A DNA stretch of 33,742 bases, taken from positions 1-33,742 of the forward strand of contig JAYWAE010000233.1 of the NCBI GenBank assembly GCA_043782715.1, written 5' to 3'. The translations under genes were made by a program, and so were the position numbers. Below the pieces are notes generated by a model. It was not told where the DNA came from. It made no database searches and was given only the letters and a program-made list of their open reading frames with translations. This document shows, in pieces, positions 17,858 to 26,478 of the stretch (its first letter is position 1; the number at the start of each line of letters is the position of its first letter). This DNA is from Pseudobdellovibrionaceae bacterium (GTDB taxonomy: Bacteria; Bdellovibrionota; Bdellovibrionia; Bdellovibrionales; UBA1609).

Positions 17858-19205
17858 CAAACCCCCCAGTGGCGTCGAGAACTTCGCTGTTGAATAGCAA
17901 CCGGCCTAAGCGATCCAGATCCAAACGCCGCCCTTGGTTGAAATATTTTTCCAGTGCCGCCGATTGTACGGCGGAGTCTTCAATAAAATCCTCGATCTGC
18001 GCGGATGTGTAAGTGACTCCGTGGGTTTTGCAAAAGCCGATTGCAAGGGCCGCGGCCCCGGCGACTTGGGGGCTCGCCATCGAGGTGCCGGCGATTTTTT
18101 GATAGGTCGAACCCATGAAGGTCGAGAGCAGCCCATCCCGGCCGGCCGCTCCGGGCGCCGCGATCTCGATGAAGCTGGAACTGAAGTTGGAAAAATTTGA
18201 TTTTAAATAGGTGATCGCATCGATCGAACCCGTGCTGATCAGGCCGCGCCGGTTGGGAGCGTAGGCAGCTGGCGCGACGAAATTGGAATTGCTCACTTCC
18301 GCGCCGTCATTGCCGGCCGCTACGGCGATCACGGTGTTTTTGGCCAGCGCATAATCCAGCGCATCGGCCAATGCGGGATTTGTACCGGTGCTGGTGAGCG
18401 AAAGATTCATCACCTCCGCCCCATGATCCGCAGCCCATAAAATGCCGTTGACGACGTCTGCGACCGTACCACTGCCGTCGGAGCCCTGGGTTTTGACCGC
18501 CATCAGTTTGACCCAATCGCCCATGACCCCGCGCACGCCGACGGAATTGTCGCGCTGAGCCCCGAGCAATCCGGCGACATGAGTGCCATGCCCGAAGTCA
18601 TCGCCAGGATCACTGTCTGCACGGACGATATCGATCCCGGTTTCACCGTTCGCTCCATGCCACATACGATCACGCAAATCCGGATGATCGGCTTGCACTC
18701 CGCTGTCCACGACCGCCGCGACCACCGGCTGGCGCACGCCAAAGATGGGATGAAAAAAGTAACCTTCGCCGGCCGCTTGGTTGATGGCGGGTAAATGGAT
18801 TTGGTTGACCGCGAGTGGGTCGCGTTCAAACGCCGCGGTCTGCACGCGGGGGTTCTCGGCGACTCCGATCACACATGGGCTCGCTTGCGCCGCGCCTTCT
18901 AGTTCAGCCGTGTTCAGTGCGGAGTTGAAGCTCACGGAATGCGCCTGCACGCGCATTGGCAAAGTCACCGCGTGGAACGTGGCAAGGTGAGGCAGAAGTC
19001 CGGCGCCATTCTTCGCGGGCAGCTGAGATCTCAAACACTCGTTGTCGACCAACACCAACATCGGCGCACTCGCCGTCACTGCGGCTTGCGAGAACTGCAC
19101 TTTTTTCTGTGCGAAAGACTTGAATTGCAGTGGCCGCGCGCCGGACGGCGCCGGAAGCAACATAATTAAAATGGGCAAGAAAAACGTGAACCACATCGAT
19201 ATCAT
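17847..19205 (-). CDS. secreted subtilisin-like serine protease (S8 family)
   Basis: 452 aa with a signal peptide. Asp/His/Ser triad contexts AVVDSGV, HGTHVAG and GTSMASP, plus oxyanion AAGNDG. Confidence 0.85.
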   Translation of the reverse strand: MISMWFTFFLPILIMLLPAPSGARPLQFKSFAQKKVQFSQAAVTASAPMLVLVDNECLRSQLPAKNGAGLLPHLATFHAVTLPMRVQAHSVSFNSALNTAELEGAAQASPCVIGVAENPRVQTAAFERDPLAVNQIHLPAINQAAGEGYFFHPIFGVRQPVVAAVVDSGVQADHPDLRDRMWHGANGETGIDIVRADSDPGDDFGHGTHVAGLLGAQRDNSVGVRGVMGDWVKLMAVKTQGSDGSGTVADVVNGILWAADHGAEVMNLSLTSTGTNPALADALDYALAKNTVIAVAAGNDGAEVSNSNFVAPAAYAPNRRGLISTGSIDAITYLKSNFSNFSSSFIEIAAPGAAGRDGLLSTFMGSTYQKIAGTSMASPQVAGAAALAIGFCKTHGVTYTSAQIEDFIEDSAVQSAALEKYFNQGRRLDLDRLGRLLFNSEVLDATGGFDDP

Positions 19206-19365
19206 ATCGGCCGAAGCACACTCTTGCCTCAGGCTGGGAAAAGTGGCGAAAGATTCGTCACTTTGGGCCAGTTTACTAGCCCTGGATTGGAAGCGGCGTG
19301 GGCTTCCGAAACGTTCTCGATTTGCGACTGAAATTGGCGAAATTCCGTTGCGTCAGTTGGCAGGC

Positions 19366-19701
19366 TCAGCGACGAATGCCACGGGCTTCAGAGAATGCCG
19401 TGCCCAAGCGAAAGCCGGTCGTGGCCGAGACTGCCGCAATCAGTGCCACGATCAGGAATATTCCGCCGGAAAATGGAATTCCAAACATCGCGCTCATGCG
19501 CTGAGAAATCAGCCCTGAGTTGCGGCCGTCCTGAATGTATGCAGCCGCCACTGCGACCAATGTCGCGCCGATCGCGACCTGCAGCGTACGCCGCCCGCCG
19601 CCTGGCAGGAGCACGCCCAGCACCACCGAAGCTAGCCAAATTCCCCACCATGGCAAAAGCCAAACTACGGTGAGAAAGAAAATCATGGCTAGAAAAATCA
19701 T
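19366..19701 (-). CDS. small integral membrane protein, unknown function
   Basis: 111 aa with 3-4 predicted TM helices. Its start overlaps the acylase stop as ATGA (19698-19701), implying translational coupling. Confidence 0.55.
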   Translation of the reverse strand: MIFLAMIFFLTVVWLLPWWGIWLASVVLGVLLPGGGRRTLQVAIGATLVAVAAAYIQDGRNSGLISQRMSAMFGIPFSGGIFLIVALIAAVSATTGFRLGTAFSEARGIRR

Positions 19702-22088
19702 TTCGCTCCCTCGGGCGTCAGCTCAATCACCTTCTGGGCATGCCGACGTGCCTCTTCCAAATCCGCATAGAATTCGACCGGCCTCATTTCACCGCGTGCC
19801 CACTCGTTTGTGAAGCGTTCGAAATCGCGCGCGAACGGATCGCCACTGTTGCCGCCGGGGACTTGCATCCACGCACGCGGCTGCGCACCGAGTTCGATGA
19901 CAAAGCGATAGACTGCGCCATGCCAGCCGCGATTTCCCCGCACGCTGTCTGAGGAGCCGTCCATATCGAGCGTCTTGGTGCCAAAGCCCGGAATGCGGGC
20001 CATGTGCGGGATCTCCGTGTTCACCCAGCGGTTCCAAGTCCATTTGGAACTGTCTTTGCCGAGCGTGGAGCTGAGCTGATCCCACGCCATTTGGAAGGAG
20101 CGCAAAACTATATCGCTCAGACTCTCCCGTTGCGGCGTGCGTTTATCATCGATCCATTCGGCGTCCGAATCGTTTGGATTCGCGGCCACGCGCTTTAACA
20201 TCCACGCGACGCGCATGTCTTTAGGAGCGTAACCGGGCCGTTCGGGCAAGGCGATATCATCGGCGAAAATAGCGGTTTTAAGCTCTTGATACCATTGTTT
20301 ATAAAGCGACGCTTCCACCCCCCCTGCGCGCGCACGCAAGTCCCAGTTTGCCAAATCCTGAAGGCGTGCTTTTTGTTCCGCGGACAAATTCGCAGCCGGC
20401 AGAACTTTTAGCAGCACCGGCAAAATCATTTCGGCTTCGGTGCTATAACTATCACTTTGAATGGCGATCATATCTGCACCGGAAAACTTTGCTTTGGCTT
20501 CGAGCAAGCGGCGAATCGCCCGACCGCGAAATGGCTCTTCGTAGCTCGAACCCATATAGTGGGGATACCGGGGACCCATGGTGCGTTCATTGGCCGAGCG
20601 TAGAAATCCTTCCGGCGGATCGTAAGCTTGTGGCTGGTCGGAAATCGGCACGCGCTCACTCAACGCGCTCCGCGAAGTTTCTGGCGATCCAATAAAACGG
20701 CCTTCGCCGATAGAGCGCTCAGCAATCCAGCCGGCGTGGACCATGCCAAAATGATCGGCGTCGGCACAAACAAAATTCTGAATCGGCACCTTCCAGCCAT
20801 TGAATGCGGCTAGGCAATCTTTGGCCGTTTTGCGCGCATACAGTCCGCGCAAGACTGAGAGTTCGTTGCTCGCCTGCCGTCCTGTCCAAAGCACCACTAA
20901 CCCGTAGTGACCTTCACGATAAAGCACCGGTCCCCACTTCGTCCACATAACCGGAATGTCCTCGCCCGCGACGAGCTCATGCTCGACCGTAGCTTGCGTC
21001 CAAGTTGAACCGTCTTTGTAGAGGGTGCCGGTATCGTCACTGAATTCGACTTCAAAGTAATCGATGGCGTCCGTCGAACCGTTGGTCGGCCCCCAGGCAA
21101 TGTCGCGATTGAAGCCGTTGACGATGCCGGGCACCGCCGGGAAGCTCACGCCGTAGACATTGAATTCTGGGCACGAGAGTTGATTCTCATACCAAACATT
21201 GGGCAGGCTTAGTCCGAGGTGCGTGTCGTTGGCCAAAATGGAGTGGCCGGTGGAGGACTTCTGCGGACCCACCACCCAATTGTTGCTGCCGTTGAAATTC
21301 GGCGGCCGGGGAATATCCGGAAAATTTTTAAAGTGAGATTGAAAGCCAAACTGCGCCGGGGTCTCCGGCGCACGTGGCTTGACACCGCCTGGCCCAGGGT
21401 AAACAAAATCCTCATACTCAGGCGGCAGAAACTCGGGGAAGAGATCCAAAACCTTTTCCACCGGCATAGTCAGGCGTAAATGGCTCTGCAACAAGTCCGG
21501 ACTTCCGCCGCTCAGTGAAAACGTCATGGTCTTCGCCATGCGCGATAAAATATGCGTGTCCATCTCAGCTGGAGTGCGGCCCAGCAATTTGAATTCCACA
21601 GGCGCATCGTCAAGTTGCCGGACAAACGCGTTAATCCCCGCCACATACTGTTCGGCCATCATATGCGTGCGCGAATCCTTCATCATTTCTTGGTGCAGGG
21701 CCTTTTCCGCCTGGCGCATCCCGAACTTGGTAAAGAAGCGGTCGTGCTTCAGGCCTTTCTCGCCGATCAATTCGCTCAAATTCCCCGACATGGAACGGGT
21801 CGTGACTTCGATTTGAAACAAGCGTTGCGAGGCGACGGCATAGCCTTGAGCCAGGTAAAGGTCTTCTTCGTTTTGTGCGAAGAAATGGGGCACTCCATTG
21901 GCATCAATCGCCACGTGCACGGATTTTTTTAGACCCGCAATGGCGTGGTCACGCCACTGAAAAGGTTCATGGTGCCAAACTCCGCGGCGCACTTCCAAGA
22001 GCGGGCCAAGAGCCGGAACTTTTCCCAACGGCCGGGCGAGGAGAATTATCCACGCGATACTAAGAATGGACCAATAAGCGATGCGCAT
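19698..22088 (-). CDS. penicillin amidase (S45, Ntn-hydrolase) family acylase, possibly acyl-homoserine-lactone/penicillin acylase-like
   Basis: About 796 aa from ATG 22088 (MRIAYWSILSIAW, N-terminal anchor or signal). The ORF-track start at 22151 would overlap lysR by 50 nt. The beta-subunit N-terminal nucleophile context NGSNNWVVG is typical of this family. Confidence 0.8.
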   Translation of the reverse strand: MRIAYWSILSIAWIILLARPLGKVPALGPLLEVRRGVWHHEPFQWRDHAIAGLKKSVHVAIDANGVPHFFAQNEEDLYLAQGYAVASQRLFQIEVTTRSMSGNLSELIGEKGLKHDRFFTKFGMRQAEKALHQEMMKDSRTHMMAEQYVAGINAFVRQLDDAPVEFKLLGRTPAEMDTHILSRMAKTMTFSLSGGSPDLLQSHLRLTMPVEKVLDLFPEFLPPEYEDFVYPGPGGVKPRAPETPAQFGFQSHFKNFPDIPRPPNFNGSNNWVVGPQKSSTGHSILANDTHLGLSLPNVWYENQLSCPEFNVYGVSFPAVPGIVNGFNRDIAWGPTNGSTDAIDYFEVEFSDDTGTLYKDGSTWTQATVEHELVAGEDIPVMWTKWGPVLYREGHYGLVVLWTGRQASNELSVLRGLYARKTAKDCLAAFNGWKVPIQNFVCADADHFGMVHAGWIAERSIGEGRFIGSPETSRSALSERVPISDQPQAYDPPEGFLRSANERTMGPRYPHYMGSSYEEPFRGRAIRRLLEAKAKFSGADMIAIQSDSYSTEAEMILPVLLKVLPAANLSAEQKARLQDLANWDLRARAGGVEASLYKQWYQELKTAIFADDIALPERPGYAPKDMRVAWMLKRVAANPNDSDAEWIDDKRTPQRESLSDIVLRSFQMAWDQLSSTLGKDSSKWTWNRWVNTEIPHMARIPGFGTKTLDMDGSSDSVRGNRGWHGAVYRFVIELGAQPRAWMQVPGGNSGDPFARDFERFTNEWARGEMRPVEFYADLEEARRHAQKVIELTPEGAK

Positions 22089-22101
22089 CGTGAGCGTAAG
22101 A

Positions 22102-23007
22102 TTACGATCCCTTGCGCTCGAGCGCAAAGCGTTCCTGAAAACGCCGCACAAAGGCTTTGTGCAACGCAGACTGGTCGTGCACGCTCTTTTGCAAGAGCCA
22201 AATGTAGTCGGTAAAACGCTTGTTGGTTGGGCGCACCACCTGAACGGACTTCACTCCTTCGACCAAGTAAGCCGGCACGATGCCGATTCCAGCCCCCTCA
22301 CGCACCAGCGACAGCACCATTTCGGCTGTGGAAGCAAAAATACGGATCGGAATTTTTTTGGGCCGTTTTTGATAATGCAGGTACAACCATTTTTGCATGG
22401 GCTGGTGGTTGAAGTAGTATTCGATGATCGGCACGGCCATTGTTTGGGAAAAGGCCGGACTGTCCGGCAACATCCCGCGGGCCGCGATCAACACCAACTC
22501 TTCCTCGGAAACCGCCTGCGAGGCCACCCGTTTGCTCCCCTGCGCCGGAAAAATCGAGAAGCACATGTCCAGATGTCCTCTGAGCACCATCTCTTGCAGC
22601 CGAGTCGGGGTGTCGAAGACCATCTTGATTTGGGTGTCTGGGAATTCGTGGATGAAGTCTTTCATCACACCCGAGAGGCGAGACTTGGCGAACTCCAAGT
22701 AGGCACCAATGCGCAACATACCTTTGATTTGAGTCTCGGCTCCCGTCATTGCCCGCAGCGCACGTAGAAAACCGCCTTGGCTAAGGCGAAACTCGCGGTG
22801 CACCTTCAGTCCACGGTCCGTCGGCACTAGACGTCTGCCGATGCGATCAAATAAGCGAAAGCCAATGGCGGCTTCCAAACCCGTCACGGTTTGACTGAGC
22901 GCGGACGGCGTCACGCCGAGGGCCTCAGACGCACGCTGGTAGTTCCCCGACTCTATGATCTGGCAGAAGACGGCCAACTTATTGAAATCGACGCTATTAA
23001 GTTCCAC
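22102..23007 (-). CDS. LysR-family transcriptional regulator
   Basis: 301 aa with GTG start. N-terminal wHTH (FCQIIESGNYQRASEALGVTPSALSQTVTGLE) and a C-terminal substrate-binding domain. Divergent from the folate operon and co-directional with the acylase. Confidence 0.9.
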   Translation of the reverse strand: MELNSVDFNKLAVFCQIIESGNYQRASEALGVTPSALSQTVTGLEAAIGFRLFDRIGRRLVPTDRGLKVHREFRLSQGGFLRALRAMTGAETQIKGMLRIGAYLEFAKSRLSGVMKDFIHEFPDTQIKMVFDTPTRLQEMVLRGHLDMCFSIFPAQGSKRVASQAVSEEELVLIAARGMLPDSPAFSQTMAVPIIEYYFNHQPMQKWLYLHYQKRPKKIPIRIFASTAEMVLSLVREGAGIGIVPAYLVEGVKSVQVVRPTNKRFTDYIWLLQKSVHDQSALHKAFVRRFQERFALERKGS

Positions 23008-23011
23008 TTAA
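22997..23011. promoter_or_regulatory. T-N11-A dyad (candidate LysR-type binding site)
   Basis: TTAAGT-tcc-ACTTAA is a perfect 6-bp dyad fitting T-N11-A. It overlaps the lysR start codon and lies about 80 bp upstream of the CADD-like gene. Confidence 0.35.
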
Positions 23012-23085
23012 TAGATGATTTAGTACATTGAAATTTACTTATCAACCTCAGTTGCTAGCATCATGCGTTCAACAGGAGGATCGAC

Positions 23086-23748
23086 ATGAAGAACACGAGC
23101 GAACACGCAGGTATTCAACGCGAAATAGACCGGCTGCATCTTTTAAAGCACCCTTTTTACCAGGCTTGGATGCAGGGCGAATTGTCAGTCGGTACCCTGC
23201 AGGATTACGCCGCCCAATACGCCCACCACGTCGACCGCTTTCCCCGCTACTTGAGCGCCATACACTCACTGTGCGAGTCGCCCCTTGAGCGCAAAATGCT
23301 GTTGGAAAACCTGAATGATGAAGAAGGCACGGCCCACGGGGTTTCCCATCCCGAGTTGTGGATGCAATTCGCCAAAGGACTTGGCGCTACCCCTGCGGCC
23401 CCACGGGCGGCGATTCAAAAGGTCTCGCAGACCTTCTTTCGCCTGGCCCGCAAGTCCTATCATGAAGGACTGGGCGCGCTTTTCGCGTATGAAGCGCAAG
23501 TGCCTGAAGTCGCGGCATCGAAAATTCAAGGTTTGGTCGAACGCTACGGCATTCAAGACGCCGCCACCCTGGAGTTTTTCCAGGTGCACCGGCAGGCAGA
23601 TGTGGCTCACCGCGAGAGTATCGCGCAAGTGTTAGAGACCCTGCCCGCGCCGCAATACGAAGAAGCCAAAACGGCAGCGCGCGAAGCCGCGCAAGCGCTT
23701 TGGGATTTCTTGAGCGAAGTTCATGATCAAGCGGCACATGCCTGCTAA
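23086..23748 (+). CDS. CADD/PqqC-like heme-oxygenase-fold di-metal protein (candidate p-aminobenzoate synthase)
   Basis: 220 aa with HPFYQAWMQGELSVGTLQDYAAQYAHHVDRFPRYL, NLNDEEG...HPELW and HRQADVAH (H-x3-D-x2-H) motifs. AGGAGG RBS. First gene of a folB-folKP operon, as for Chlamydia CT610. Confidence 0.7.
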   Translation: MKNTSEHAGIQREIDRLHLLKHPFYQAWMQGELSVGTLQDYAAQYAHHVDRFPRYLSAIHSLCESPLERKMLLENLNDEEGTAHGVSHPELWMQFAKGLGATPAAPRAAIQKVSQTFFRLARKSYHEGLGALFAYEAQVPEVAASKIQGLVERYGIQDAATLEFFQVHRQADVAHRESIAQVLETLPAPQYEEAKTAAREAAQALWDFLSEVHDQAAHAC

Positions 23749-24130
23749 CGAACCCACACCTGCATTTCACGCCTTGCGCCTGAACGATCTCGTTCTGGCG
23801 CTCAACCTTGGCTGCACGGCTGAGGAACGTTCGGTGGCACAAGAGGTGCGGGTTTCTTTGAGCTTTCGCTTTCACATTGCGCCTTCCGCCGTCTTCTCCG
23901 ACGCGCTAGAAGACACGCTATGCTACGCACGGCTGTCTTCGAGAATTCAAAATCACTGTGCGAAGCGCGAGTACAATTTAATTGAACGCGTCGCCCAGGA
24001 GATTTTCACGCTTGTGCGCGAGTACTCTGGACCGCGCGCTGCGGTCGCGGTCACGATTCACAAAGTTCGTCCGCCCGTACCGGCGCTAGCTGGTGGCACT
24101 ATTTACCAATGTGGAGATTTTCTGCCGTGA
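23723..24130 (+). CDS. folB: dihydroneopterin aldolase (FolB/FolX family)
   Basis: 135 aa with LNLGCTAEERSVAQEVRVSL, EDTLCYARL, NLIERVAQEI and VTIHKVRPP. This is the typical FolB layout. Overlaps both neighbouring genes. Confidence 0.75.
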   Translation: MIKRHMPANEPTPAFHALRLNDLVLALNLGCTAEERSVAQEVRVSLSFRFHIAPSAVFSDALEDTLCYARLSSRIQNHCAKREYNLIERVAQEIFTLVREYSGPRAAVAVTIHKVRPPVPALAGGTIYQCGDFLP

Positions 24131-25392
24131 ACGCTTGGATCGGACTGGGATCAAATCAGGGCGATCGGCGGGAGAACTTAGAGAAAGCCGCAGGTTTATT
24201 GATCGAGCGTGCCCGCCCCGCGAGTTATCAGGCCGCGCCCATCCTCCGGTCACCCGCATTGATGCCGGCGGGCGCGCCCGCAGATTGGAATATTCCTTTT
24301 CTTAACTCGGCTCTGCTTTTGGATTGGAACGGTACGGCTCCGGACCTTCTGGCGCTGCTCAAGCAAATCGAACTTGACCTCGGACGCCAACCCTCTCCGC
24401 GCTGGTCGCCACGCCCGATAGATCTCGATTTGTTGGCGTTGGGCGATCAGGTTTTCAAAAATGAATCACTGCAATTGCCACATCCCGAAATGGCCAATCG
24501 CCAGTTCGTATTGTCTCCGCTCAAATATTTTGCGGCGACGCGGAAAATCGCAGGTTTAGGCAAAACGGTTTTGCAATTGGCGCGCGCCCGGCCCGACGCC
24601 TTGCCGCTGTGGATGGGAATCGTCAACGTCACGCCCGATTCTTTTTCTGAAAAAAACCCGGCGCCGTTGGCGCAGGACAAACTCAAGTTATTTGATGAAT
24701 TCGGCGTGCATATTGTGGATCTCGGCGCCGAGTCCACGAGGCCCGGCGCAATTCCACTCTCGCCGCAACAGGAATGGAACCGATTGGCTCCCCTAATGGA
24801 TTGGTGGATCGGGCGGACGCGCACGCGCATTTTTAAACCTATCTTAAGTGTCGACACCTACCATCCAGAAACCGCAGCCCGCGCGATCGCGATGGGAGCG
24901 GGAATGGTCAATGACGTCAGCGGGCTCGCCGATGCCAAGATGCTTGAGGTTTTAGCCGACTCACGGGCGCAGTACGTACTGATGCACAGCTTAAGCGTAC
25001 CAGCTGATCCCAAGCGCACTTTGCAAGCAGAAGATCCCGTCAACGAAGTCCTCTCTTGGGCGCGCACTCAGCTCGCGCGCCTGCAGGAACACGGTATTTC
25101 ACTGGATCGTGTGATCTTCGATCCCGGCATCGGGTTTGGCAAAACCGCGGCGCAATCGTGGGCGCTCGTGCGCAGCATTGAGCGTTTTTATGAACTGCCG
25201 GTGCGCCTCCTTGCCGGCCATTCACGCAAATCGTTTATTCAATACCTACACGCCGGTGAAGCCGCCGATCGCGATGCCGAGACGTTGGGGCTTTCCCTAA
25301 ACTTAGCTACCCGCGGAGTGGATATTCTGCGCGTGCACGATCCGCTCACCCAGCAGCGTGCATTTCACGCCTTTCAGGAGGGGACAGTATGA
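24127..25392 (+). CDS. folKP: bifunctional HPPK / dihydropteroate synthase
   Basis: N-terminal FolK motifs (AWIGLGSNQGDR, RWSPRPIDLDLL) are fused to FolP motifs (GIVNVTPDSF, GAESTRPG, SVDTY, NDVSG, DPGIGFGK, GHSRKSF, RVHD). GTG 24127 forms a GTGA overlap with the folB stop. The ORF-track ATG is at 24109. Confidence 0.85.
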   Translation: MNAWIGLGSNQGDRRENLEKAAGLLIERARPASYQAAPILRSPALMPAGAPADWNIPFLNSALLLDWNGTAPDLLALLKQIELDLGRQPSPRWSPRPIDLDLLALGDQVFKNESLQLPHPEMANRQFVLSPLKYFAATRKIAGLGKTVLQLARARPDALPLWMGIVNVTPDSFSEKNPAPLAQDKLKLFDEFGVHIVDLGAESTRPGAIPLSPQQEWNRLAPLMDWWIGRTRTRIFKPILSVDTYHPETAARAIAMGAGMVNDVSGLADAKMLEVLADSRAQYVLMHSLSVPADPKRTLQAEDPVNEVLSWARTQLARLQEHGISLDRVIFDPGIGFGKTAAQSWALVRSIERFYELPVRLLAGHSRKSFIQYLHAGEAADRDAETLGLSLNLATRGVDILRVHDPLTQQRAFHAFQEGTV

Positions 25393-26135
25393 GTCCAATG
25401 ACCGTCCTACCAATTCAAACCCGCCTGTTCCAGGCGCGCGAGAACCTGACGCGGTTTATCGTGGAGAGCACTCCGCGCGAGCAGACAAAAGAGAAAATGA
25501 TCCTCGTGGTGACGTCGAAGATCGTGAGCCTCGCAGAAGATCGCTTCGCGCCGGTGAGTGGACTCAGCAAGCAAGAGTTGGTCGAGCGCGAGTCTGACGT
25601 TTACTTAGGGGAAATCGGCTATGGCTGTTTTTTGACGATCAAGCACGGTTTGATGATTGCATCCGCCGGCATCGACGAGTCCAATTCAGCGAACGGCGAT
25701 TATATTCTGTTTCCCGAAGACCCTTTCGCGAGCGCCCAAAAGCTCTGGCATGAACTGCGCGAAGCCTGGGATCTTGAAGAGCTGGGCGTGCTGCTCACCG
25801 ACTCCAAAACCACGCCGCTGCGGCGCGGGACCTCGGGCATTTGCCTGAGCTATTGGGGATTCAATGCGGTGATCAATATGGTCGATACACCGGATCTGTT
25901 TGGACGCATGCTCAAGATGACCCGCATGAATATGGCCGACGGCCTAGCAGGGGCCGCGGTCATGCTGATGGGTGAAGGTCGCGAATCGAGACCGTTGGCC
26001 GTGATCCACAATTCCGGAGTGGAGTTTACGCAACAGACTGACCCTTCCGAGATCTTGATCCCTCTGGAAGAAGATCTCTACTACCCGATCTTGCGCCAAG
26101 CCGGAGAAAAAGCCGTAGCGGAGCGGCCCAAATGA
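25389..26135 (+). CDS. CofE-like gamma-glutamyl ligase (candidate non-canonical folylglutamate/dihydrofolate synthase, FolC2-type)
   Basis: 248 aa with VVTSKIVSLAE, ASAGIDESNSANG and LLTDSKTTPLRRG, typical of the F420-0:gamma-glutamyl ligase fold. ATGA overlap with the folKP stop. Confidence 0.65.
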   Translation: MSPMTVLPIQTRLFQARENLTRFIVESTPREQTKEKMILVVTSKIVSLAEDRFAPVSGLSKQELVERESDVYLGEIGYGCFLTIKHGLMIASAGIDESNSANGDYILFPEDPFASAQKLWHELREAWDLEELGVLLTDSKTTPLRRGTSGICLSYWGFNAVINMVDTPDLFGRMLKMTRMNMADGLAGAAVMLMGEGRESRPLAVIHNSGVEFTQQTDPSEILIPLEEDLYYPILRQAGEKAVAERPK

Positions 26136-26155
26136 TCGCATCGGTCTTCGCCGGA

Positions 26156-26374
26156 CTACCGGCCTGCCTTAACATCCCAAAACTCTCCGTCGTCCGCGCC
26201 GCGAAAGCTGACGACCTCAAATGCCTCGACCTCGTTGCCGAGTTCCATTCCAGAGTTGCGCAGATATTCGTGCAGGGCCAAGGTGCGGAGCTCACGTGAG
26301 TTATTGCCTGGTTCAGGAAAGTCGAACTGAGCCGCAAAAGGGAAGTCTATTCTCACTGTCATAGTCTCAATCAT
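26156..26374 (-). CDS. small acidic hypothetical protein
   Basis: About 72 aa from ATG 26374, with GGAAGGAG just upstream. No signal peptide and no recognised motif. The exact start is uncertain; the ORF track extends to 26407. Confidence 0.4.
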   Translation of the reverse strand: MIETMTVRIDFPFAAQFDFPEPGNNSRELRTLALHEYLRNSGMELGNEVEAFEVVSFRGADDGEFWDVKAGR

Positions 26375-26478
26375 AACTCCTTCCACAAAGAACCTGCAAT
26401 ATCTCATATATAAGCGTGATTGCGGTTGTTTAAGGCAGCCGCGAGGGAGACAATTTTGAGAAATACGAAAGGATTCGT

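Noticed and set aside
19042-19518. 158-aa plus-strand ORF spanning the 160-bp gap between the small membrane protein and the S8 protease genes
   Set aside because: It overlaps both flanking minus-strand genes and has no RBS or motif. The gap more plausibly holds the S8 promoter. The GGAAGC-N7-GCTTCC hairpin there has no T-tract.
22081-22767. 228-aa plus-strand ORF antisense to the LysR gene
   Set aside because: The minus-strand frame has a clear LysR wHTH and effector domain. The antisense ORF has no motif or RBS. It is typical shadow-ORF behaviour.
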